A stretch of 64,000 nt of DNA. It comes from Thiocapsa sp. (GTDB taxonomy: Bacteria > Pseudomonadota > Gammaproteobacteria > Chromatiales > Chromatiaceae). A program made the position numbers and the translations under genes. The first letter of the stretch is position 1. The number at the start of each line of letters is the position of its first letter. The notes under the pieces were generated by a model, which was given only the letters and a program-made list of their open reading frames with translations, was not told the DNA's origin and did not search any database. The stretch spans positions 347 through 64,346 of the forward strand of contig NZ_JAABRP010000008.1 of the NCBI RefSeq assembly GCF_011390875.1, given 5' to 3'. Below, in pieces: positions 32,180 through 40,752 of this stretch.

Positions 32180-33625
32180 CTAGCATCGCATGTTTTCGCT
32201 GCTTTCGTCAGGCGGATCCCAGGTCGATCCGGACCCCGGATAGCAGGAGAGCGCGCCGAAAAGCGGTCGTCGTTGCGGTTTGATCGGTCCGGCGCCGACG
32301 CGTTCCCGCAGCCCGTAAAGATCGCCTCGGCCCTCGCCGGAGCCGGCATCCGAGAGGGATTCCCGCCGCTGCGCGGCACCGCACCAGTCGGACGGGTCCT
32401 GCGGCTTGCCGTTGTGACGGATGGCGAAGTAGAGCACGGGCTCCGCGCGACCTCCGCTGTCGCCGCTCAATGCAATGACCTCGCCTGTCGCCACCCACTC
32501 GCCGGTCTCCTTCAGAAGCGCCTCGTTGTGTCCGTAGATCGACATGTAGCCCTCGCCGTGGTCGATCACCATGAGCAATCCGAATCCGCGCATCCAGTCG
32601 GCGTGAATCACCCGCCCGTCATGCACGGCGCGCACCTCCTCGCCGTGTCGGGCAGCCAGGAGCACGCCGTCCCAGCGCAGCTCGGAGTCCGGTTTGAGTG
32701 CGCCAAACTCGGCAAGGACTTCCCCGTGCAGCAGCGGCCATGTCAAGCGCCCTCGACGCTCGGGGAAAGGATCGCGCCGAATGTCGAGCTCGGCGCGGAT
32801 CTGCGCACGCTGACGCAGGTGCTCCACCAGGAGACGCAACGCCTCGGCATCCCGCTCGAGGACCTCGAGATTCTCGGTTTGGCCGGCGATGCTCGCTTCC
32901 AATCGGCTCAGGACCGCGGCCCGTTCCTCACGCGCGGCCTCCAAGCGCAACCGCGCCGCTTCCTGGCGTCGCGACAGCTCGATCAGGCGTTCCGCCTCGC
33001 GCTCGGCATCATGGGCTAAGCGGACGAGTCGCTCCACGCGCGTTTGGATGGCCGTGATTCGACGGAGCTGTTCTCGGTTCAAATACGCGAAATAGGAAAG
33101 AATGCGACTCGCCTGCGCAGTATCTTCCTGATTCAAAAGAAGACGCAAGCGGTCGGCCCGACCCATGACGTAAGCGGTGCGAACCAGGTCTGCCCAGAGC
33201 GCAAGCTCCTGCTCGAGCGCGGCGTGCTCTTCGAGATGACGCACCCGCAACGCCTCCGCGACGCGGGTTTGCTCGGCAACGGCGCGCGCTAACTCTCTGC
33301 CGCCGACAGCCGCCTCGGCCACTTCGCGCTCCCGCACCTCGAGCTCCGCGATCAAGGCTCGGCGGTCCGCGTGCTGCTCGATGAGCTCCCGACCGACCGA
33401 CTCGACCTGCCGCTGAATCTCCTGAAGGTCCTTCGCGCGCGTCCCCAAGGTCTCGTCGGACGCAGACGCCGTCTCCACCGCAGCCGTCGGTGTCGTGATC
33501 AGCCCGCATGCCAGGGTCAGGCACGCCAGGCGACGTCCGATGCGATCGAGCACTCGGTGATGACCGTCATCCTTCAGCTGGCGGGGAAGCCGCTCGGGAT
33601 GTCCTGTTGCGACGGTCATGGGCAC
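32180..33625 (-). CDS. envC: Murein hydrolase activator EnvC (coiled coil + LytM/M23 domain)
   Basis: Long coiled-coil N-terminal half and a C-terminal LytM domain (HADWMRGFGLLMVIDHGEGYMSIYGHN...LYFAIRHNGKPQDPSDW). About 60 further low-complexity residues follow the usual C-terminus. Confidence 0.8.
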   Translation of the reverse strand: MPMTVATGHPERLPRQLKDDGHHRVLDRIGRRLACLTLACGLITTPTAAVETASASDETLGTRAKDLQEIQRQVESVGRELIEQHADRRALIAELEVREREVAEAAVGGRELARAVAEQTRVAEALRVRHLEEHAALEQELALWADLVRTAYVMGRADRLRLLLNQEDTAQASRILSYFAYLNREQLRRITAIQTRVERLVRLAHDAEREAERLIELSRRQEAARLRLEAAREERAAVLSRLEASIAGQTENLEVLERDAEALRLLVEHLRQRAQIRAELDIRRDPFPERRGRLTWPLLHGEVLAEFGALKPDSELRWDGVLLAARHGEEVRAVHDGRVIHADWMRGFGLLMVIDHGEGYMSIYGHNEALLKETGEWVATGEVIALSGDSGGRAEPVLYFAIRHNGKPQDPSDWCGAAQRRESLSDAGSGEGRGDLYGLRERVGAGPIKPQRRPLFGALSCYPGSGSTWDPPDESSENMRC

Positions 33626-33806
33626 GGCAGTGAGGGAATCTGGTACGAATGGGTCACTTGATTATGTCCGAGGCCGGATCGGAAGGCGAGGAGGCAACCG
33701 GCGAGCAACGCCTGCAGATGCGCGGCTTTCGAGACCGTGACCGGCGCCTTCAGGCGGACGCGGACGGCAGCGGCCTACATCCGCTTCGCACTCCGCCGGA
33801 AAGAGT

Positions 33807-33824
33807 TTATTATATTGTTAATAA
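33807..33824 (+). promoter_or_regulatory. AT-rich inverted repeat TTATTA-N6-TAATAA overlapping a TATATT -10-like hexamer
   Basis: TTATTAtattgtTAATAA sits immediately upstream of the ArsR-family gene. It is one of the few AT-rich spots in the window. TATATT lies at 33811-33816. Confidence 0.4.
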
Positions 33825-33842
33825 TTGATGAGACAGGATCCG

Positions 33843-34211
33843 ATGGTGAGCAATCTGAGCCAGCCTTCCCGCCCGGTCCTGAACGACCCGGTCGGCGACC
33901 GCGACGAGATCAACCTGTTTGCGGACGATGCCGATATCGAGCGCGCATCCCGGTCTCTGAAAGCCATGTCGCACCCCCTGCGCCTGAAGATCCTTTGCAC
34001 CCTGGGCGACCGGGAGGTCAGTGTCCAGGAGATCGTGGACCATGTGGGGACTTCCCAGAGCAACATCTCTCAGCACTTGGCGATCCTGCGCGACAAGGGC
34101 ATTCTCGCTTCGCGCAAGGATGCAAACCGTGTGTATTACCGGGTCAGCGACGGACGAACCCTCCAGCTGATCGGGATGATGCGCGAGGTCTTCTGCCAAC
34201 ACGCGCATTGA
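33843..34211 (+). CDS. ArsR/SmtB-family transcriptional repressor, two-cysteine SqrR/BigR-like
   Basis: wHTH core HPLRLKILCTLGDREVSVQEIVDHVGTSQSNISQHLAILRDKGIL. One Cys in the ILC motif and one near the C-terminus (VFCQHAH), 66 residues apart. ATG 33843 follows AGGA by 4 nt. The ORF also opens at TTG 33825 and ATG 33828. Confidence 0.8.
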   Translation: MVSNLSQPSRPVLNDPVGDRDEINLFADDADIERASRSLKAMSHPLRLKILCTLGDREVSVQEIVDHVGTSQSNISQHLAILRDKGILASRKDANRVYYRVSDGRTLQLIGMMREVFCQHAH

Positions 34212-34378
34212 ACCGACGCACTGCGGGATGACGCCCGCGTCCCTCCTCCTTATACTTCGCCACCTTAATCATCAAGGGGCAATCGCGAGCAGCTGCTCTC
34301 ACGATGCGCTCGGCTCATGGTCGAGGCATCCGTCGCGGCGTTCGTGAAATCTCGCCCAATCAACGAGATCGCAGAGCG

Positions 34379-34807
34379 ATGCTGTTAGACCAAATCATGG
34401 AATTCGTGGGAAACCACTGGTACCTCTTCGTGGCGTTGATCGTCATCTCGGGGTTGCTCATCTACAACATCATCGTGGGCGGGAAAGGGAGCGTCGAGCC
34501 CTTGGCCGCGACCGAGATGATCAACCATCAAGATGCGGTGGTGATCGATGTTCGCCCTGCGGCCGATTTTGCAAAGGGCCACATCATCAATGCGATCAAC
34601 GTCCCGATGAACGGATTCAAGAACCAGATCGCCACGCTCAAGAAGCACAAGGCCAAGCCCATCATCGTCAGCTGCCGATCCGGCGCTCAGTCGTCGATGG
34701 CCTGCAGCCAGCTGCGAAAGGAAGGGTTCGAGCAAGTCTTCAACTTGCACGGCGGTATCATGGCTTGGGAAGCCGCAAGCCTCCCGCTCACTCGCAAGAA
34801 ACGCTGA
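34379..34807 (+). CDS. Membrane-anchored rhodanese-domain protein (YibN-like)
   Basis: Start ATG 34379. N-terminal TM (WYLFVALIVISGLLIYNIIV), then a rhodanese fold with the active-site loop VSCRSGAQS. Lies upstream of secB-gpsA, as E. coli yibN does. Confidence 0.8.
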   Translation: MLLDQIMEFVGNHWYLFVALIVISGLLIYNIIVGGKGSVEPLAATEMINHQDAVVIDVRPAADFAKGHIINAINVPMNGFKNQIATLKKHKAKPIIVSCRSGAQSSMACSQLRKEGFEQVFNLHGGIMAWEAASLPLTRKKR

Positions 34808-34897
34808 GTCGCAGGTCGATCCCGGTGCCGGGTTCGACCGCACTCCACCCATCCTCTTCCCCGATCCTCGATCCAGTCTTCGATAAGGAACCGCAAC

Positions 34898-35398
34898 ATG
34901 GCCGAGAACCCGCAAAGCAACGACCCCCTTACCCAACCGGAGCGACAGTTCTCGGTCCAGCGGGTGTATGTCAAAGACGCCTCGTTTGAATCCCCCAACG
35001 CACCGGACATCTTCCGCGGCGAATGGAAGCCCAAACATGAGCTCAACGTCAGCACCAAGGTCAATCGCATCCAGGAGGACCTTTACGAGGTCGTGCTCTC
35101 GGTTACCGTGTCGGCACAGCTCGGCGACAAAACGGCCTTTATCGTCGAGGTGCAGCAAGCGGGGATCTTCGGCATCAGCGGCTTCGCCGAGCAGGAAATG
35201 GGCGCGATGGTCGGCGCCTACTGCCCCAACCTGCTCTTTCCCTATGCCCGCGAGGTCGTCTCCGATCTAGTCTCCAAGGGGAGCTATCCGCAGCTCGTAC
35301 TGCAACATGTCAATTTCGATGCCCTGTTTGCACAGCATCAACAAGAGGCGATGCAGCGCGTCAAGGGCGACGCGGCAGAGCCGCCGAGCCAGCATTGA
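34898..35398 (+). CDS. secB: Protein-export chaperone SecB
   Basis: 166 aa. FSVQRVYVKDASFESPNAP, VEVQQAGIF and CPNLLFPYAREVVSDLV are characteristic of SecB. Confidence 0.92.
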   Translation: MAENPQSNDPLTQPERQFSVQRVYVKDASFESPNAPDIFRGEWKPKHELNVSTKVNRIQEDLYEVVLSVTVSAQLGDKTAFIVEVQQAGIFGISGFAEQEMGAMVGAYCPNLLFPYAREVVSDLVSKGSYPQLVLQHVNFDALFAQHQQEAMQRVKGDAAEPPSQH

Positions 35399-36444
35399 GC
35401 GGAACCATGCCCGGCGCTTCCGTGCGGACCGAGTCCGTCCAGACCGATTCCGCAGCCATCGCGGTCCTGGGTGCCGGGTCCTGGGGGACGGCACTCGCCA
35501 TCCTGCTGTGCCGCAATGGGCACCGCGTTCGGCTGTGGGGTCATGAGATCGAGCAGATCGAGGCCTTGCGTCGCGACGGCGAGAATCGCCTCTTCTTGCC
35601 GGGAGTCCCCGTTCCTGCGGACTTGTCTGCGACGGCCTCCCTGGACGAGGCACTCGCCGGGGCGAGCGACTGCCTGATCGTGGTCCCGAGCCACGCGTTC
35701 CGGCGGGTGGTGGAGCAAGCCGCACGGCGACTGCCCGAGACCATGGGCGTCGCTTGGGCGACCAAGGGTCTGGATCCGGCAAGCGGGGAGTTGCTGCACG
35801 CCGTTGCGCAGGAGAGCCTCGGCGCCCGCGCACTCGCGGTCGTATCCGGCCCCAGCTTTGCCCAGGAGGTCGCGCACGGTCTGCCGACCGCCGTTACGGT
35901 CGCCTCGGCCGATGTGGCGTTCGCCGAGCGGGTTGCGCTGCGACTGCACGGGGATCGGTTTCGCGCCTATACCAGCTCGGACATGGTCGGTGTCGAGGTG
36001 TGTGGAGCGGCGAAGAACGTACTCGCGATCGCAACGGGCATCGCCGACGGTCTTGGATTCGGCGCGAATACCCGCGCTGCGCTCATTACGCGAGGTCTCG
36101 CCGAATTGATTCGCATCGGGACCGCTTTGGGCGGACGCAAGGAGACCTTTATGGGTCTCGCCGGCATCGGCGATTTGGTCCTGACGTGCACGGACAACCA
36201 GTCGCGCAACCGACGGATGGGTCTTGCGCTGGCGGCCGGGGCGAGCTTGACCGACGCGCAGGCAAAGATCGGTCAAGAGGTCGAAGGTGTCGTGACCGCG
36301 CTTGCCATGCATCGGCTCGCATCGCGCTTGGGCATCGAGATGCCGATCAGCGAGCAGGTCTACCGGGTGCTCTACGAAGGGGCGTCCCCCGAGAGTGCAA
36401 CCCGAGCCCTGCTCGAGCGCGAGCCGAAGGCCGAGTTCGGCTAG
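35395..36444 (+). CDS. gpsA: NAD(P)H-dependent glycerol-3-phosphate dehydrogenase
   Basis: AVLGAGSWGTALAILL dinucleotide fold and the GAAKNVLAIATGIADG motif. TTG 35395 overlaps the secB stop (TTGA). An alternative ATG lies at 35407. Confidence 0.9.
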   Translation: MSGTMPGASVRTESVQTDSAAIAVLGAGSWGTALAILLCRNGHRVRLWGHEIEQIEALRRDGENRLFLPGVPVPADLSATASLDEALAGASDCLIVVPSHAFRRVVEQAARRLPETMGVAWATKGLDPASGELLHAVAQESLGARALAVVSGPSFAQEVAHGLPTAVTVASADVAFAERVALRLHGDRFRAYTSSDMVGVEVCGAAKNVLAIATGIADGLGFGANTRAALITRGLAELIRIGTALGGRKETFMGLAGIGDLVLTCTDNQSRNRRMGLALAAGASLTDAQAKIGQEVEGVVTALAMHRLASRLGIEMPISEQVYRVLYEGASPESATRALLEREPKAEFG

Positions 36445-36569
36445 ACCGCATCCGGCGTGACCCAGGTCGTTGCGATCCGTTGCGGTCGTCGTGGCTCGGC
36501 ATGGCGCGTTCGCATCGGAAGTCCGATCCCTTGATCGTCCAGGTTGACTGCGCCTGCCCTGGCGCCGGG

Positions 36570-37046
36570 TCACGCCTCTCGCTGAAAGGCTCCCTCGAAT
36601 CCCGTCTGACGCCATGCCTCGAACGCGACGACGGCAACGGCGTTCGAGAGGTTGAGGCTTCGATTGCCGGGTCGCATCGGGATGTAGATGCGTCGCTCGG
36701 GCGGGAGCGTATCGAGCACGGCTTGAGGCAGGCCTCGCGTTTCCGGACCGAATAGAAATGCGTCGCCGGCTTCGTAGTGCGGAGCCGTGTAGAGGGTCGA
36801 GCCTCGGGTCGTGAACGCGAAGAGCCGCGGCGGACAAAGCTCCCCCAGACAGACCTCCAAGGTCGGATAGACGTCGACCTCGGCCCATTCGCGATAATCG
36901 AGCCCGGCGCGCCTAAGCAGACGATCCTCGAGTGCGAACCCCAACGGCTCGATGAGGTTGAGTCGCAGACCGCTGTTGGCACAGAGGCGCATGGCATTAC
37001 CGGTATTGGGCGGGATCTCGGGCTCGTAGAGGATGACATCAAACAT
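36570..37046 (-). CDS. trmL: tRNA (cytidine/uridine-2'-O)-methyltransferase TrmL (SpoU family)
   Basis: 158 aa. MFDVILYEPEIPPNTGNAMRLC, FLFGPETRGLP and SLNLSNAVAVV (SPOUT knot motifs). Confidence 0.88.
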   Translation of the reverse strand: MFDVILYEPEIPPNTGNAMRLCANSGLRLNLIEPLGFALEDRLLRRAGLDYREWAEVDVYPTLEVCLGELCPPRLFAFTTRGSTLYTAPHYEAGDAFLFGPETRGLPQAVLDTLPPERRIYIPMRPGNRSLNLSNAVAVVAFEAWRQTGFEGAFQREA

Positions 37047-37125
37047 TGCGGATCCAGGTCAGTCGGGCGTAGGCGAGCACGTCGATCACGGTCGGAAACC
37101 ATCGACCGAAGAGCAGGTTCGGCGG

Positions 37126-37156
37126 TTGACCGAGACAGTTCGCTGCATGCTATATT
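37126..37156 (+). promoter_or_regulatory. Candidate sigma70 promoter for the 74-aa ORF
   Basis: TTGACC (37126-37131) and TGcTATATT extended -10 (TATATT 37151-37156). The 19-nt spacer is longer than optimal. It lies about 65 nt upstream of ATG 37221. Confidence 0.35.
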
Positions 37157-37220
37157 AAGGTTTGGGAAAGTTCTAACATCGCCGCTCCAAGGCGGCCAAA
37201 AACCCTATGGGGACACCGAC

Positions 37221-37445
37221 ATGAGCGATATCGCCACGCTGAAGAAGGAAAAGCAGGAGTTGATCGAGAAGATGCTCGGGATGCAAAAGCAATTCATCGA
37301 CTACGAGCATGAGCACGGGGTGTCGGGCAAGGACTATTGGGCGGCGACCGACGGCTTGCTCGTCAACTATCGGCAGGAATATCAAGATATGGCCAACCGA
37401 GTCGTGGACATCGCTCACGAGATCGTCGGTTCGGCGCGCAACTGA
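37221..37445 (+). CDS. Small hypothetical protein (74 aa, predicted helical)
   Basis: Only the C-terminal part of track ORF 36777..37445 is credible; the rest is antisense to trmL. MSDIATLKKEKQELIEKMLGMQKQFIDYEHEHG... I recognise no family. Confidence 0.5.
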   Translation: MSDIATLKKEKQELIEKMLGMQKQFIDYEHEHGVSGKDYWAATDGLLVNYRQEYQDMANRVVDIAHEIVGSARN

Positions 37446-37466
37446 GCAGATACAACACTCGGGATC

Positions 37467-37497
37467 GAGCCCGCGTCCGCAATCCAGGACGCGGCTC
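37467..37497. terminator. GC-rich hairpin between convergent genes (possible bidirectional terminator, no clear U-tract)
   Basis: GAGCCCGCGTCC - gcaatcca - GGACGCGGCTC forms an 11-bp stem with one bulge. It lies between the 74-aa ORF stop and the 137-aa ORF stop. Confidence 0.35.
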
Positions 37498-37528
37498 ATC
37501 ATGATGAGGGTTCTGCGCAAAAGGTCGG

Positions 37529-37942
37529 TCAGCGTAGGTGCTCGATATATTTTGGTGTGTCGTGCATCTCCAGTCTGATTGCCGTTCCTTGGGCGACGAA
37601 CGGATTGGCAACTCCCTCGAACATCAGTGCACAGCGCACATGTCCTCGACTCTCGAGCGGAACCGGGACCATATCCCGATACGTGAAGATGTTTTCTTCG
37701 ATGTCTCCCCCCCGACAGACGAGCGGGCCGCTCGGAATCGTCGAAGCTTCCTCGACCCCGTCGATCACTAAATCCCCTGCCTGGTGCCAACGTGTGCGCT
37801 CGCTTGAGCCCGTCATCGTCTTGACGAGGTAGGCCCGCGAGAAATGCAGAGTCAGGCGTCCGTCCTCGCGATGGATCGACGAGATCTCCGATCCGTTCAG
37901 GTCAATACTCATACTGTCCAAGTCATTCTCCGGATCTGTCAT
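37529..37942 (-). CDS. Hypothetical protein (137 aa) immediately downstream of ntrC
   Basis: Longest ORF in this interval, with GC-rich third codon positions. Same strand as ntrC and 57 nt after its stop. I recognise no motif. Confidence 0.55.
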   Translation of the reverse strand: MTDPENDLDSMSIDLNGSEISSIHREDGRLTLHFSRAYLVKTMTGSSERTRWHQAGDLVIDGVEEASTIPSGPLVCRGGDIEENIFTYRDMVPVPLESRGHVRCALMFEGVANPFVAQGTAIRLEMHDTPKYIEHLR

Positions 37943-37999
37943 TCGGTACCGATGGTGAATTCAGCGGAGCGATGACCGCCGGGCGTGTCCTCGATCCGC

Positions 38000-39460
38000 C
38001 TATCCGATTTGGGGGCTCCTTACCGAATCCTCATCCGACGAAGGTTCCTCAGGGTCGATCTCGATATCGAGTCGGAGCTCCTTGATCTTTCGAGTCAAGG
38101 TGTTGCGCCCCCATCCCAGGAGTCGAGCAGCCTCCTGCCGACGTCCGCCGGTATGCTCCAACGCGGTCTGGATGAGGATCTGCTCGAATATCGGCATGGC
38201 CGTATCGAGCAGGGCACCCTGCCCCTGTTTGAGGCTTTGACGGACCCAGCGGCGAAACACCGTTTCCCACGGCTCGTCGCGAACCGGTTCGGAAAACGAG
38301 GCGTTGAGCTCGGGCGGCAGATCCTCGGCGTGAATCTCCTTGCCGGAGGCCATGACCGTCACCCAGCGGGCGGTGTTCTCCAGCTGGCGAACATTGCCGG
38401 GCCAGTCGAGCCGTTTCAGGTGTTCGATTGCGCTCGCCGCGAGCACCTTCGGCTCGCACGTCAGTTCCAAGGCCGCTTGGGCGAGAAAGTGCCGCATCAA
38501 TACCGGAACGTCTTCGCGCCGATCACGCAGCGCCGGCAGATGAATCCGGATGACGTTGAGGCGATGGAACAGGTCCTCTCGAAAACGGCCTTGTCGGACC
38601 AGGTCTTCGAGATTCTGGTGGGTTGCTGCGATGATCCGCACGTCTACCCGCGTCGGTGCGACGCCGCCGACACGGTAGAACTCTCCATCGGCGAGTACCC
38701 GCAGAAGTCGAGTTTGAAGCTCGGCGGGCATATCGCCGATCTCGTCGAGAAACAAGGTCCCGCCGTCGGCTTGCTCGAATCGCCCTTCGCGGCGGCTCTG
38801 AGCCCCCGTGAAGGAGCCGCGTTCATGACCGAACAACTCCGATTCCAGGAGATCCCGAGGAATTGCGGCCATGTTCAGGGCGATGAAGGGTCGATCGCTG
38901 CGTGGGCTGTGCCGGTGCAATGCGCGCGCCACCAGCTCTTTCCCGGTTCCGGATTCCCCGTTGATCAGAACCGTAATGTTGGAGCGTGCGAGTCGACCGA
39001 TCGCCCGAAAGACCTCCTGCATGGCGGGCGCCTCGCCGATGATGTCCGGCGCTTTGCTCATCACGATCTCTTCGGGGCGCTCCTCGCGACCACGTCGACA
39101 CGCCCGATTGACCTGCCCTACCGCCTCGTCGAGATCGAATGGCTTGGGGAGATACTCGAAGGCACCGCCGTGAAAGGCGGACACCGCGCTGTCGAGGTCC
39201 GAGTGCGCGGTCATGATGATCACGGGCAGTCCGGGGTAGCGGGCCGAGACCTGTCGCAAGAGGTCCAGTCCATCGATTCCGGGCATGCGGATGTCGGTGA
39301 GGATAACGTCGGGCTGCTCGCGCTGGAGCGCTTCCATGACACCGACCCCGTTGGAGAAACAGGTCACGTGCATTTCCGCCTTGCGCAGCGCACGCTCGAG
39401 CACCCACCGGATGGACCTGTCGTCATCGATGACCCACACCTTGGGTTCGCGATTATTCAT
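38000..39460 (-). CDS. ntrC: Nitrogen regulation response regulator NtrC (sigma54 activator)
   Basis: Start ATG 39460 (MNNREPKVWVIDDDRSIRWVL). AAA+ motifs GESGTGKE and ESELFGHERGSFTGA. C-terminal Fis-type HTH. 8-nt overlap with the ntrB stop (ATGAATAA). Confidence 0.93.
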   Translation of the reverse strand: MNNREPKVWVIDDDRSIRWVLERALRKAEMHVTCFSNGVGVMEALQREQPDVILTDIRMPGIDGLDLLRQVSARYPGLPVIIMTAHSDLDSAVSAFHGGAFEYLPKPFDLDEAVGQVNRACRRGREERPEEIVMSKAPDIIGEAPAMQEVFRAIGRLARSNITVLINGESGTGKELVARALHRHSPRSDRPFIALNMAAIPRDLLESELFGHERGSFTGAQSRREGRFEQADGGTLFLDEIGDMPAELQTRLLRVLADGEFYRVGGVAPTRVDVRIIAATHQNLEDLVRQGRFREDLFHRLNVIRIHLPALRDRREDVPVLMRHFLAQAALELTCEPKVLAASAIEHLKRLDWPGNVRQLENTARWVTVMASGKEIHAEDLPPELNASFSEPVRDEPWETVFRRWVRQSLKQGQGALLDTAMPIFEQILIQTALEHTGGRRQEAARLLGWGRNTLTRKIKELRLDIEIDPEEPSSDEDSVRSPQIG

Positions 39461-40535
39461 GGTCCGTCTCCAACGGCAGGTAGACGTGAAACGTAGTCTC
39501 GCCGGGCCGACTCTCGCACTCGATGAGGCCTCCATGTTGGTTGATAAGCTCTTGGGCGATCGGTAAGCCCAACCCGGTACCGCCTTGGTGACCGGAGACC
39601 ATCGGAAAAAAGATGCGATCCTCGATCTCCTGCGGGATTCCGGGTCCGTTGTCACGGAGCTGTGCCTGCAGGACAAGGCGATGACGACGGTTTCCGATCG
39701 TGAATTGCCGCAGCACTCGCGTGCGCAGCTCGATGCGTCCCGCCACTCCGGCCGCCGCAGCGGCGTTGCGCGCGAGGTTCAGAAAGGCTTGAATCAAGCG
39801 GTCCTGATCCGCCATGAAATCCGGAATGCTCGGGTCATAGTCACGTTGCACGCGCGGACCGGTCGGCGACTCCGCGAGGATGAGTCCACGAACGTGCTCG
39901 AGGACATTGTGGATATTGACCAAGGCTCGACGGGGCAAGCGACTGGGGCCGACCATCCGGTTGACCAGGTCCTGAAGGCGGTCGGCCTCGTCGATAATGA
40001 TGCGCGTGTACTCACGTAAGCCCGGATCGGGAAGCTCCTGCTCAAGCAACTGCGCCGCGCCGCGCAGACCGCCGAGCGGATTCTTGATTTCGTGCGCCAA
40101 ACCACGGATCAGGGCCTGGGTTGCCTGGTGCTGAGAAAGCAGATGTTCCTCTCGGGTGATCCGCAGCTGACGGTCGACCTGCGCGAGTTCGACGAGGACT
40201 TGGTCGTGCGCATCGAAATGGTGCAGCGGTAGGACAGTACAGTTCACCGTCTTGGTGCGCCCGTCGCCCGCAACAACGTTGATCTCTCGCTCGGTAAAGG
40301 GGTGACGCGACTCCAACGCGGCTTTCAGACGCTCTTCAACTTGGTGGTCGGGGCAGGGAAGCAGGTTTAGGGCATGGTGTCCGATCATGTGTCGAGCGCT
40401 GATCTCGAAGAGCATCTCGGCGGCGGGATTGAGATACAGGAGACGTAAGTCCTTGTCGAATAGTAGGACAGCCGTGTTCAGGTGATCGAGAATCGTCCGC
40501 TCTAGGGCCGGCTTCGGGGCTGGCTGAATACTCAT
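39453..40535 (-). CDS. ntrB: Nitrogen regulation sensor histidine kinase NtrB
   Basis: N-terminal PAS, H-box LAHEIKNPLGGLRGAAQLL, and N, G1 and G2 boxes (FLNLARNA, DNGPGIP, GTGLGL). Confidence 0.9.
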   Translation of the reverse strand: MSIQPAPKPALERTILDHLNTAVLLFDKDLRLLYLNPAAEMLFEISARHMIGHHALNLLPCPDHQVEERLKAALESRHPFTEREINVVAGDGRTKTVNCTVLPLHHFDAHDQVLVELAQVDRQLRITREEHLLSQHQATQALIRGLAHEIKNPLGGLRGAAQLLEQELPDPGLREYTRIIIDEADRLQDLVNRMVGPSRLPRRALVNIHNVLEHVRGLILAESPTGPRVQRDYDPSIPDFMADQDRLIQAFLNLARNAAAAAGVAGRIELRTRVLRQFTIGNRRHRLVLQAQLRDNGPGIPQEIEDRIFFPMVSGHQGGTGLGLPIAQELINQHGGLIECESRPGETTFHVYLPLETDHE

Positions 40536-40752
40536 GATCTCTCATCCGAACGGCTGACAAGATCGCGCGTGCCCGAGGACGCACGCGAAGACGGAAGGTT
40601 TGACGTCGACGATCGGGCTGCGGGAGGCTCTACGCAGGCGAACGGCGCGACACGCAGACTCGGGCCTGCATATCGACACCGAGAACATGCGAAACTCGTA
40701 CCATCGTCACTCAGATTAAGTCGATCGGAAAAGCCCGTTCAACAACAGAGGC

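Noticed and set aside
36777-37220. N-terminal 148 codons of ORF 36777..37445
   Set aside because: This part runs antisense through trmL and its upstream region. Only the last 74 codons, from ATG 37221 with its own promoter-like elements, are plausible.
30863-39496. Other long shadow ORFs (30863..32062 +, 32081..33019 +, 35338..36888 -, 35754..36755 +, 37985..39496 +)
   Set aside because: Each overlaps a well-supported gene (ctpA, envC, gpsA, ntrC) on the other strand or in another frame and has low-complexity composition.
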